64,000 nucleotides of DNA. Source: Octopus sinensis (taxonomy: Eukaryota). The translations under genes and the position numbers were made by a program. The notes beneath the pieces were generated by a model. That model saw only the letters and a program-made list of their open reading frames with translations. It was not told the origin of the DNA and made no database searches. Position 1 is the first letter of the stretch. Every line of letters begins with the position of its first letter. The stretch is from NCBI RefSeq assembly GCF_006345805.1, contig NC_042998.1, positions 133,176,001 to 133,240,000 on the forward strand, written 5' to 3'. This document shows positions 28,456 to 41,410 of the stretch, piece after piece.

Positions 28456-29912
28456 TGGAAGGTGTGATAGTTGGGCGCAGTGTTGGGAAAGAAATAGCCG
28501 ACTCATTTAGCTAAAAACGATAGAAGACCTGATATAAATTTAAAGAAACGTACATGGAAATGAGTGCATGTGGATATAGCCAAAATAACGTGAATTTAAT
28601 TGAAGGGATTTATACACCTTAAGGTGTAAAGACTTTGTTAGGTAAATTTGTTCGATTATTAAAATTATATATGATCTGAGTTCAAACCGATGAAAACCAG
28701 CTTGGTTTTTATCGTTTAAATTATTATTTTTTATTTAATTTATTACGACAAGAATGGTTATAATTAATTGTAGATATTTAATTTATATAAATTTATGAGA
28801 TAAAGTTCGGTTCCAAATTTGAATAAGATACATAAAATAACTTAAGTGCATGAACGAAAGCATGAGATCTAAAATGGCATTATCTTTTACAGGATCATGA
28901 CGTATCAATATGTATGTATCTAAACTATATGATATTATTTAGAATAATTTAGTATATTTTAAAACAAGGCAATACTTAATCGATAAAACTTACCTATCTT
29001 AAAATAAAAATATATTTTATCCGTTTTGTGACCTATCAGTGAAATATATATGTGTAAACTATAAACTGCAGTATAATATATAATAAAGTACTATGTGATA
29101 TAAAAATTTATTGCGTATATCAAAAATAATACTTTTTGAAAGGGATAGTACACATCTGTAGTGCCTATTTGTATAAACTACATGCCATTACCTCGAGCAA
29201 TTTGGTATATGTAGAAACAATGGTATAATCTAACCAAATATCATAAAAAACATGATATGAAATAAAAAGAAAATGCGTAAAAGTGTATATAATGGAAAAA
29301 TAAGTCAATAAATATACCAGAGATATAAAAGGAGTAAAGAGGAATATAAAAGGAATAATTAAATGATTAAGAAGTTGCGTAAGAAGTGTGATCTAGTAAT
29401 ATTATTGAGTTGGGGTAAATTTAATAGGTTCAAATAGTGACAGTTAAATAACAAGTGTAAGAAAGTTAATTACAATGGCACAAAATTTAAAGAAATTTAA
29501 TAGAACTAATGGTTTATTAAGAAGTTGAAGTGAATGAATTCAATAATTAAATAAATATTAAAGATTGATTGTTAGAAACAGTTAAGTAACTGTATTAAAA
29601 TGTGATATTCGGCTAGAATCGAAGTTCTGTGGATATTAATTGCCACTGGGAAATACTTCTAATTTATCATTAAAGTAGCAAGCCTGTAACGAGGATGAAA
29701 CTAATAGGATGCCATTGATGTTCGTAGAAATGTACTTATATATTAAAGTTTGGGTATATGTGTACCAAAAATAATTTTTGATTTGGAGGTAATTTACACA
29801 CTCTCTCTCTCACACACACACACTCACACACATACACACTCACACATGCGCACACATATAAATACATGCATGTGTATGTACGTATATGACAGCTAAATCC
29901 GCAATTTTTTTA

Positions 29913-30056
29913 ATTCTCTCTCTCTGTTTATTTCCTCGTGTTCCTTTCTGTTGACGAGCGTAGGCAAGAAACGTAAAAGACTTTCTCACTTACCTGAGCG
30001 TCAAACATCTACTTGTTTATACACCTGCCTGCATCTTTTGTTTTTCTGCAAACTTC

Positions 30057-30062
<6 letters not shown>
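29913..30062 (+). mobile_element. Family C Penelope-like repeat
   Basis: gtgttcctttctgttgacgagcgtaggcaagaaacgtaaaagactttctcac..gagcgtcaaac..acacctg..ttcaactata. Confidence 0.75.
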
Positions 30063-30100
<38 letters not shown>

Positions 30101-30256
30101 TGGAGAAATTATATAAAATGTATAAATAGATGATGAGTAAAGCACCGGCATAGTATCGATTACCTGTTGTTATCCGTAGATTTATTGCAGGAGCTTTGTA
30201 GTGGCGGTTGGAGTAATAATATTAATAAAATTTATGGAAAGAGTAAAATGTTTTAT

Positions 30257-30308
30257 TTGATACGACACATGTTTCGACCCGTTCTGGGTCTCATTCGGAA
30301 CATCAATC
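30257..30308 (-). ncRNA. Decayed type I hammerhead-like motif
   Basis: Minus strand: TTGATGTT-CCGAATGA-GACCC-agaac-GGGTC-GAAAC-ATGT-GTC-GTATCAA. Stem II is 5 bp with a GUC site; the core is non-canonical. Confidence 0.45.
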
Positions 30309-30658
30309 AAAAAAAGTCTTACTAGAGATTTTCTGATTCGGTTTTACGTACCGCTATAGGCCCGTCAACTACGAGAATGAGTAAAAAACAGAGAAATTAA
30401 AGTTCCTATACATCTCTATGTATTCGTGCATGCGTTTGCGCATGCACGTGTATCTAGTTATATTTATATACCCATATACTTTGGTGTGCGTGTGTGAGCG
30501 CGTATATATATGTACGTATATATATGTATCTGTGTATGTATATGTGCATCTAAGCACGAACACAAAAAAAAAAATTCATCTAAGTGTTATCTTTCTTTCA
30601 ACTTCTACATTCTTTTCTTTCTCTTAACAGTTACAACAGCGTCATTTTCTCTAAACTA

Positions 30659-31940
30659 TTGGGTTGGCAACTGAGTTCCTGCCTTTCTTTTTTTAATTTG
30701 GAATTTATTGCGTTTTTAAATTTGGAATCTATTTTTTTCGAGAATTCTATTTCCGAATCATTTTTGAAACTTTTTTTTCCTAGTTAATTTTAGTCAATTT
30801 TTGTTTCTTTTCAGATTATTAAAATGGAATGTCAAGTTAAGAAAAACGAGCATTTTCGTCATCTCTTTCTTTTTGCTTTTAATCAAGGTTCTAATGCGGC
30901 AAAAGCTGCTCACGACATTTGTGCTGTATATGGATAGGGTGCCATTGCTGAAAGAACCGTTCGTGATTTGTATGCCAAGTTCAAAAATGGAAATTTTGAC
31001 CTCAAAAACGCACCTCGTTCTGGCTGTCCGACGAAGAGTAGTTAAACCAACTTTTGCACGAAAATTCTCGTCAAACGACAGGGGAACTGGCAGAGAAAAT
31101 GCAATGCTCCCACACTGCTATAGAGAAGCATTTTCACTCGATGAGAAAGGTTCAGAAGTATGGAGCATGTGTTGCGCATGCTTTAAGTGACAACAACAAA
31201 AACCAACGAACCACAATCTCCGCTGGTTTGCTTGCTCAACACCGCTCAACTCATGGATACAAGCAACGATTTCTTTACCGAATCGTTACTGGCGACGAAA
31301 AATGGTGCCTGTACATCAATATGAAGCAGCGTAAGGAATGGCTTAGCCCCGGTAAACAAATGACACCACGCCTGAAACAAGATCTTCATTAGCGTAAAAC
31401 GATGTTGCGCGTATGGTGGGACTGGGAAGGGATTATCCATTACGAATTACTTGAACGGAATCAAACAGTCAACGCGGAACTTTATGTTCAAAGGATGGAA
31501 CGACTCAACACGGCTATTCAAGAGGCAAGACCTAATTGGCAGCATGGAGTTCTTTTGCTGCACGACAACACCTGCTCTCATATCGCCAATATGACTAAGT
31601 AAGCCATTCAAACGTATGGCTGGGAAGTGCTGCCACACCAGCCGTGCTTTCCTGATTTGGCACCAACGGATTTCCACCTCTTTCGATCTCTTTCAAATGC
31701 CATGAGCAGAGTTTCGTTCAATACTGATGCAGAATTGAGAGCTTGGTTGGATCAATTTTTCTAGTCGAAATCAGGCGATTTCTACCAACGATGCATTGAA
31801 AATCTTGTTGAACGTTGGGAAGAAGTTGTAAACAACAAGGGTGAATACATTATTGATTAATTAGTTGTTATTTAACCGCTTAAAAAATTTGAATTAATTT
31901 TGAATTAAAAAAAACGGTGGGAACTTAGTTGCCAACCCAA
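30659..31940 (+). mobile_element. Full-length (1282 bp) mariner DNA transposon, defective
   Basis: TIRs TTGGGTTGGCAACTGAGTTCC and reverse complement TTGGGTTGGCAACTAAGTTCC. TA TSD at 30657-58 and 31941-42. Confidence 0.96.
30824..31860 (+). pseudogene. Mariner DD34D transposase pseudogene
   Basis: Starts MECQVKKNEHFRHL. Has VTGDEKW, LLHDN and PDLAPTD with exactly 34 residues between the 2nd and 3rd Asp. Ends RWEEVVNNKGEYIID-stop. At least four in-frame stops and one frameshift. Confidence 0.95.
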
Positions 31941-32084
31941 TAAAATGTATAATTTTCACGTTCATATTTGGATTTTTTGCGTTTCAATTTTCCTCTGTTT
32001 TTTACTCATTCTCAAAGTTGATGGACATATAGCGGTACGTAAAACCGAATCAGAAAATCTCTTTCCATCTATTTTATTAATAAT

Positions 32085-32213
<129 letters not shown>

Positions 32214-32739
32214 CATACACATATATATAAAATTATATAGTATGTTTGTGTGTGTGTGTACGTGTGTATTTGCTGGCCAAACTTTGAAGTCTCTATCGAA
32301 ATTTTTAATTATATTTGAATCGATAGTTGTAGTTAGTCGCTTTTTTCACAATCTTTAGACCTATAAAATCCAGTAACTATGCATCTGTGCATTTATGTAC
32401 ATGTGTCTGTATTTGTTCTAAAATGTGTGTGCATGCATGCGCTCTCTCTCTCACGCGCGCGTGTGTGTGTGTGCGCGTGCACACACACGTATGTGTGTGT
32501 ATGTGTGTGCGTGTGTTTCAGTGAATTTTCGAGGCAATAATTTTATAAAATATGTAATAGTAATCAAAATACAAATAATGTTGGCGCATTTTTTTAAATG
32601 TGGAATATAACTTTAATAATACGATTATAACCTTAATAATATGATTTCTCCAAATAACTTCTTACATTCATATGTACGCTTATATTACGTATTATATTAT
32701 TTGTGCGCCCTTATAGATCGAATACAGAGTCAGGTTCGA

Positions 32740-33000
32740 AATTCCGAAAGAACAACCGAGTTCAATACAAGGCACCTGAAGAAGGCTCGAGCATACAACA
32801 GCTGAAACGCAGTGAAAGTAACAATCAAGATTAGGAAACCAGCCCAACTAATATAAACAGTATACATGATATTATTCCTCATCTCACCAATATAGATTTG
32901 TACACTTATAATGTATAATTCATGAAGATGTACATTTCCACCATTAAAACAAATAAATAGATTAAAAAATCGTTGCTTCTCCATTTCAATATCTATTACT
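32740..33000 (+). mobile_element. Penelope-like terminal repeat carrying a near-canonical hammerhead (32773-32814)
   Basis: CAC-CTGAAGA-A-GGCT..AGCT-GAA-ACGC-A-GTG. Only U16.1 to C departs from consensus. Confidence 0.6.
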
Positions 33001-33502
33001 ATGTGGTTATTAATTTCATCTTTTTAGTAATTGGTGGTATTTCCCTCTTGTAACAAGTGTTACATGTCCATACAATATATGATTCAATTTTAATAAATTT
33101 GAATTATAAAATTATCATAAGAATTATGTAAATATCTTTTTAAATAATTTCACGGTATTGATATTCTGAATTTCCGTGATTGTATGATCAAAATTAAAAT
33201 GTTTTTGCATAAAATAATTCTTTAAATATTTCTCTAAAATAACTAGATATAAAGTTTGAATACCACATCATAACTAAGAAAAAAAAGAATCATTTTGGAA
33301 ATTAGAGTTTCCGTGTTATAGTTTCATAAATCATTATTGAACGAAGTAATGTTATCTAAAATGTATATCAAACTTTTCTGATATATACAGAATCTTCGAC
33401 TGACTCCCGACCAGTATATCGGCATACATCATAATCCACCCATTGCAAAATTTTACATTTTCAAATACTCCTAAATTTTTTATAATATATATATATTTCA
33501 TT

Positions 33503-33932
33503 TCTGGATTTAGTTTGCAAGATTCTTTATATGAGTTCGTGTAATGAAGCATAATCTGTTGTGTCTGGGGAGAGTTATTTTCTTTTTGTGCCTTATAATG
33601 CAGCACACTCACCGGTAAAATTTCCACTTATTTTTATTTTCCTAAAATTTTCGCTGCGTCTTGCAACCTTTTCAATAGACTTGGCTCTGTCCGTAATTAA
33701 CACTGTGTTCCTTTTTGTTTGTTTGTGCGCATGTGTGTGGGTCAGTGTGTGTGACTATGCATGCATACATGCACGTATGTATGTGTGTATGTATGTATGC
33801 ATGTGTATGTATGTATATATATATGTGTGTGTGCATGTCTGTGTATGTGTGTGTGTATGTGTGCGTGTGTGTGTGTGTGTGTGTTACATTATAAGGCACA
33901 AAAAGAAACTTACTCTCCCCAGACACAACAGT

Positions 33933-33933
<1 letters not shown>
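33503..33933 (-). mobile_element. Fold-back repeat family E, copy 1
   Basis: 33503-33690 is homologous to 62104-62290. Inverted partial arm at 33882-33933 (cattataaggcacaaaaagaaa..ctctccccagacacaacag), with (GT)n between the arms. Confidence 0.8.
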
Positions 33934-33966
<33 letters not shown>

Positions 33967-34889
33967 GTAATTTAGTAAATATATGTGGATATGTCGAAAT
34001 GTATTCATATGTATATATATGTGTATGTATGTTTTTGTATGGATATGTAAATTCATGGTTGGATATATATGTATATGATTTTCTTATACGTATGAGTACG
34101 AAGATGCATATTTGAATGTGTATATAAGTATATGCGAATGTTTTCAGACACAGTGCACGAGAGTGTATATGTATATGTGCGGATGTGCGCGTGTATGTGT
34201 GTGCGTGTGTATGAATGTTGGTATAGCTTTTCCCAAGCCCACGCTGGTGTAGTAGAAATCTAACAACTCTCAACAAACCAACCGTAAGAAAGACAATGAT
34301 AATTTAAATTCAAATCCAATAGTGTATTTATGTCATAAGGAAAATTACAAACTTGAACTCGGACGTACATATGTGCAACTACGGATCCTAATGTAGTGTA
34401 AACTGAATGCTTGTACTTCATACTTCGTATGTATATGCGGATATTTAACACTTTGCATGGTATTGTAGTACTATTGTGACTATATTGCTAATAATGGAAT
34501 CTATAAATTGTTTTTCTAGTATTAGCGTTATTAATAATAATATGAATGATGATATTGGTAGCATTAATGGTATTGACAATGATAATGATGCTAACTTTAA
34601 TGACACTTTAGAAATTAGTAGGAATTAATATAATGTACTCTTGACTCTGTATCTCTGTATATCTGCATTTAGGTATTAATATGTGTATGTTTATTATCAC
34701 AATATTAAGTTGAAAAACTGTAACATTGAATGTGGAGCATATGTATGTTTACTCATTTATATTATTTATATCATTATGTATATGTATAGGAGTATGAGTA
34801 TAAGCACTCATATGTATATATATATGTTGTATTATGGGTATGTACCCACACCCATATAGGTATATATATAAACTGATTTGTATCACATA

Positions 34890-35016
34890 ATCTCCGAAGA
34901 GGCCTTATGATATTTTTGTAAATGTCTCATTTATAACTACATATTGACCTACCATAAATGGCTAATATGAGTAAAATGAGACATACTTATCTACATGGCC
35001 GAAACAGCTGTAAGAT
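34890..35016 (+). ncRNA. Type I hammerhead motif with long stem II and a U4C core change
   Basis: ATCT-CCGAAGA-GGCC...GGCC-GAA-ACAGCTGT-A-AGAT. Internal stem ATGTCTCATTT/AAATGAGACAT. Confidence 0.65.
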
Positions 35017-35232
35017 GTAGTCTATATTTATATTTATATTCTCTTATATATATTCTACTTATTGTATAACATTACTCTTTTATGTACACTGTTTTGTTCT
35101 ACTTTTTTATGTTTAACCTTATAGTTTCTTATGTGGTGGTTTAATAAAGTATGTGATTGAGCATTATCTGGTAATTGATATTTGATTTCGATGTATTTCT
35201 CCATTTTCTTATTTTGTATATATAAATATATA

Positions 35233-35268
<36 letters not shown>

Positions 35269-35910
35269 TGTATGTATGTATATATGTATGTATGTATCTT
35301 CTTAACAAACTGAAAAGTCTTACATCTCGACTCTTTGCTTGACTACAACACTTTAATACACGCACATACTCGCACACACTCACACATAGATATATTATTT
35401 ATTTAATATCATTTGGTTAATAACCTCATATCGTGCATTTTAAAGCCGTTATATGGTCATCGGATACCATATGCAATCATAATGTAGGATTACTCTTTTT
35501 TACTGGATATACACGTGGAACTCAGTTTGTGTATACAGAAATTACATAAAAATATATAAAACAAGAAGGTGGAATGAACAGGCTTTAATAACCAATCACA
35601 ACAATTGTTTCTATGCAATGCTAACACTTGTTAGTTGCTGATTTTTCCATATTTTACTATTAAAATAAAATGTTATATAAATAATTACACAAATAAATAT
35701 GATCTGGCTGCAGCAAATTTTGGTTGGTAGGAATATAGAATTATATAGATATATAGTTAAAATTTTCTTCCGAAACACATAGACCACATAGAAGTGTTCA
35801 AGTCGAACCTGAGACGTTAGACAGGTATAATAAAGGAAATCGAAAATAGTTCAAGTTGGGCAAACTACAATAAACACGTATCCGTACACATGTGTTCTTT
35901 GTAGCTCATA

Positions 35911-35984
<74 letters not shown>

Positions 35985-37262
35985 TTTATATATAACTGCG
36001 TTTCAGCTGTTGTTTGTGTGCGTGTAGGTGCGCGCGTGCGTGTGTGCAGGTATATATACATTGGATAATATAAAGAAGCTTAAATATATCCTGATGCAAA
36101 TATGCTGAGATTCATACTCCAAACTACTGTTTTTGTCATTGAAACCCTCTCCTCTGTATTTTCACATACTTTCTCTGTTTCGTTTGTAATATCGTTTCAC
36201 TGCTTCTCACTTTGTTCCCCACCTGCACATCTTTAGTTTGCTAAATGTAAATACTGAAAGTTTTTCTTTCGCTGGTTAATAATCTCCCTTTTCAACTGGA
36301 AATCTTTTGTCATAAAATCTCGTAAACTGCGTTAATTCCTACAGAAGTACATCATTCCTATTTCATTTTTGTGTTCCCTTTATGTCTTCTTTGTTTCCTT
36401 TCTTTTTCTTAAGCAGAAGGTTTAGTGTCGACTCCCCTTCCTTTTCACCTAGAAATCCAAAATAATACTCAGGCATTCACACAAAATATACACACTCGCA
36501 TATGCTGTCTCTACTTTTCGCACACATAAATATATATAAATATTTGGATACAAAAAGACCTTTTATACCTAAAGAAAATATCTACATAGATATACAAGAA
36601 CAATGAACATACACACAGATACACACACACACACAGATACACACACACACACAGATACACACACACACACACACACACACAAAGACTCTCACTTGTGGGT
36701 ACCCAGACAAAAGAACAAAAAGACTCTAATGTCCCAACAAAAATATAAGTTAATAATTGTATACAAATACCCCAGCTTACGTTAACATCAAAACAATATA
36801 CACTAGATTCCTTCATGCATACATAAACATAAACTAAAAAATTAGTACATAAATTTGTATATTCATATATAAACATGTGAGTATGCGCCTATGTTTGCAT
36901 CATTGTGTATGTGTATGTGCGCGTATGCTGCTACTTTGTTTGTTGGTACACACAATGAATTCATATATTAAGTAAAGTACTCAATACTTTATTGTTTAAT
37001 CCTTTCAATCGTCTCAGTTATTGGACTGCGACCATGCGTGGCTACAAGCTGTAGCATTATCATAAATATTCCAAGCCCAACTTAAGACATCCACACTTTC
37101 AATTTCTCATAGTCTATCTTCCAGAATGTTTCTCCCTCGGAACTCTTCTTTGCGCATGTTTTTCCGAAGCTGTCAAATCGTAACAAGTTATACATGTTTT
37201 CTACAAGGAACATCAAATGCTGAAATTATCACATGATAAACGTAATCTATCTGTCTGTCTAT

Positions 37263-37370
<108 letters not shown>

Positions 37371-37443
37371 TAGTCCATCTCTCTGTTTCTCTCTTTTTCA
37401 CTCTCTTTTTCTCTTTCCCTCTTTTTCTCTCTCTGTATAAATA

Positions 37444-37566
37444 GCAAGAAGAAAATGAAGGGAATTCAGAGGTAGTATTCATCAGTTATTAGACATTATA
37501 TTATGATAATACAATGTCTAACAACTGATGAATACTGCCTCTGGATTCCTTCTATTTTATTCTTGC
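37444..37566. repeat. Imperfect palindrome, ~54-bp arms (hairpin/MITE-like)
   Basis: gcaagaa..ggaattcagaggtagtattcatcagttattagacatt versus reverse complement gcaagaa..ggaatccagaggcagtattcatcagttgttagacatt. Confidence 0.85.
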
Positions 37567-37686
37567 CATGTAAATTAAGGATAAAACCACGCAATAACCA
37601 ACACTTGTGCATTAATTAGGTATTCTACTGGCAGTATATTGGGTAGATACTATCCCTTAGTTGGTTGGATTCACAACCTCTAACTT

Positions 37687-37779
<93 letters not shown>

Positions 37780-39189
37780 TGCGATGCCTGTTGGCATATC
37801 ACAACTATGTCCTTTGTAACTTCTTGATTTATGTTCACTTGCTTAGGCATTCAAAACTTGGCGAAGTGTTTTATAGCAGGTGTGGCATTCGAATTTTGCA
37901 AGCGATACTACATTTTTCCATCTTTTTGATGTTATAAATACATGCATACATACATACATACATACATACATACATACATACATACATACATACATACATA
38001 CATAATACATACATACATACATACATACATACATACATACATACATGCATACATAAATGTACATGCACGAGCATGCATACTCTCATACACATACATATAT
38101 AGAGACTCCGGCATCGCCAATGAGTTACGAATTTGTCTTCGCAAATGCATGGTTTTCAAGTTAAGTTTCGCTACACGGCCACTTGACCAACTCTCTCCTA
38201 TTTTGGCCCAGGACCAATAAATACTTCGTGAATGAATTTGTTAAACGGAAACTGTGCAGAACCTATAATTGTATATATATGTGTGTGTATGTATTTGCGC
38301 TTCTGTGTGTGTGTGTGTGTGTGTGGTGTGTGTGTGTGTGTGCGTGCGTGCGTGTATTCGTGAGATTGAGTATGCCCTACTGCCACTTAAAAACCCATAG
38401 AACCTGATAAAATAAGAACCAGACTTAAAAATAAGTAGTAAAACCTTTTTGCTCACCATCTTCGCCTTCATGAGTTCTGTTTACATTTAACTGCTTTAAC
38501 TTTCGCTTTTCACTCTTCCGTTTTCTTTTTACGTATCCGTATATTTCTATCAGTTACTCTATCGATCTTTCTATCTTCTTTTTCTTTAAAGTTTATGTAA
38601 TACTTTTATCATATTTCTTTCATGCATTCATGGTCGTTTCCTTTATTTTTCTCTTCTTTTTTCCATTCTTTTTACTGTTTGATACTCCTCCGTTTCATAT
38701 TCTTTCTTTGTCTCTTTCTTTTTTTGTACTAGACATGTTCTTGTCTTGATTTGTAAATTCTTTTAGCAGATAATTTTAGAAATATAACTGCCTTAATCGC
38801 TTTTACTTTTTCTCTGCAACATTTCTTGAAGTAGTTTGATTTGCTTCTTTAATTGACATAGTTTTCTATTTTTAAACATTCCCTACAATTTTATATTATT
38901 TTCAGATTTATTCTTCTTCATGTTTTGAAAAGACATTAACACTAAAGTAACCATTCCTTACTATCTGCACAAAAATGATTCATCGTAAATATTCCATAAT
39001 AAATAATAATCCTGTTTTCTTTAGATTTTTTTGGCTATATAATATATTTATTTCATTGAAGGTATCGCCGGACGAAAGCTGTCAGAAGTACCAGAACACT
39101 TTTTACAAAGATCTCCCTCTCTCCATCTCTCTCCCTATTTCTCTCCCTCTCCCTCACTCACTATCTTCCTTACTCTCTCCCTCTACCCT

Positions 39190-41410
39190 CCACCAAGAAC
39201 TGAACTGCATTGTACAAGATTTGCCCAACAATTAACTGTGAAGTTTCCAAGTATTGCACTTTCATTTATCCCTTTTCCAATAGGTGTTCTCTTCTAGCAC
39301 ACGACTTACTAATACAATATTTTACTAAATTATTCTGTGATATATTTTATTTCTCTTCTTTTTAAAAGTTGCTATTATATGGAGTGATGGCAGTTATATC
39401 CCATAACTAATCGCATTTTCTTCGATGTCAAGGTTAACAGCTATTTGAATAATCAACTTCCACTCGATTATTGTCAAACGACGTGGTTGATTCAATTCTC
39501 TTGCTTTACTTAACCAACAATTTGCTTAAAATCGTTTATAAATGCCAACATTTGAGATACTCTTGAAAAGAAGAGGTTCAAAAATATATTGGTTGTTATA
39601 TTTCTCTCATGACTGCAGTAGACTGGCAACTGATTGTCGCTTACATATGAAAGTGTTTCCACCTTGACACGTTTAACAATCTCAGTTAAAATCATAGAAG
39701 CTCTCAAAACAAAAGAGAAGAGTAGAAAGTTTAAAGAGCCTCATCGAAAATGTTCCTGTCGTATGAGAATAGGATGTTTTTCGTAAAAGTATATGCTTGC
39801 TCTCCAGCATGCTATAGTATGAATGAAATATATCTTGGAATTGGATCTGCTGTGTTTATAGGTGATGTTTTCAATAACCAGCAATCTTATCTATTGTTAA
39901 GTGATTGTTAGCAATCATTACATGCCACGTAGAGCTTTTTTGCTTTTGTTCTTTTCAATAACTACCCAAGACAACTATAAAGATTCTTTAAAGCCAAACA
40001 TTAACTCCATCAGTCTTTCCGCTTCCCTGCTGTGTTATTACTTATTAGATAAGTTAACGGCTGTTGGAAAGTATAGATATCAGAACTTTGCATAGTGTTG
40101 GTAAGCAGCTTGTTGGTCTCTAGTAATGCCTGGTGTTTAATTTTCAGGGTTTTATTTTTGTTTAGGATTTAATATCCTTTTCGCCTCCGGTAACCTGGTA
40201 TATTTATTAATTTTGTGAACGTTGTCGTCTCAGTTTCATGAATGCTGGTAGATTTTTAGTCAGCTTATAGCAATCCGTTAATATTGACTTGCTGAATTTC
40301 CTGCTAGTAATGCTCGAGCACGTTTGTAGTCCAAATGCATTTTTCTTCTTTCTAATTCATTTGTACTTTGATTGAGCTGAATATTTTCTTTTATATCAAT
40401 GTTTAGATTTCTGTTGATGTCGAGCGTCATCCAGTCTTATGTTACTTTTCATTGATGCCGTGGTAGAATGTTTTAGCATTTGTCTCAAATAACTTGTTCT
40501 CGTGAAAGAAGCACATACGTTTTCCAAAGACAGTTTTTTGCAATAATTTTGAGCTGTTTCAGCTTTTTTCTTCGATTATATCTTGCTTTTTTATTGATAT
40601 TATATTTTCTTAATATTTGGTTAATTGTTTTCCTCTTTACTTTAGCAGACCTACATAAAGATAGATCTTTCATCATTTATCCCATTGATGTTCGGGATTG
40701 CTTCTGTGAAAAGGATTTCTTGGCGGTCTTTGTTGCATTTGGCTATAATTTCCTGGAGATGCTTGTTTATTCGTAACGTGGGAAGGTTTTCTTCTTTTAA
40801 TCTATTTATCGATTTTATTTGTGGTCTCTTTTATTTTCTTTATTAATTCTGGTAGATTTCCTCCGTTGCTGACAGAGATCAATTTATATCTATTGGCAAT
40901 GTGAATCCCTTTATTCTGTTTCTTATAGTTTTCTTATATTTTGGGTGTTTCCAATGATACTTGTTTGAGCAACATCGTTGAGGAGGGCTTTCTTCTTTTT
41001 CTTTGTGTCTTCGTTCTCTCCGTATATGTTAAGTTCTGTTATGATATTTTCGTTGTGTTTTGGCACCCCGTATATTGTTTTTGGTTTCTGATATGGGAGC
41101 TCATATGTTTTGTGTGAACAGGACTATGTCGCGCTGCTTTCATTAATTTCTGTGAGGTTCCGTTCCTGCTCGTAGTTAATCGATTTTGTTTAACTCTATA
41201 TCTATATTATTTTAACTTGTAGCTCCGTTTCTGTTTCTGGCACATACTTAGTCTTTATTATAATTCCCTTTATATTCACTAATGAAACTGAATCATGTAT
41301 TTGGCGCTCACTTATTCGTTTTGTTTCCTCAATAAGATGTACCGTGCTTTATTGAGATTGTGTGGGTATCGTGGTTCTGTGTAGTATAACGTCTAACATC
41401 TTCGATTTTT
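39190..41410 (-). mobile_element. Old R4/Dong-like LINE, heavily decayed, with RT remnants
   Basis: Minus strand gives KLKQLKIIAKNC..FETNAKTFYHGIN, RPTSCLPTLCK (RT), and remnants of the GIFQGDSLSPL and C-terminal (LETS.IV) regions. Confidence 0.65.
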
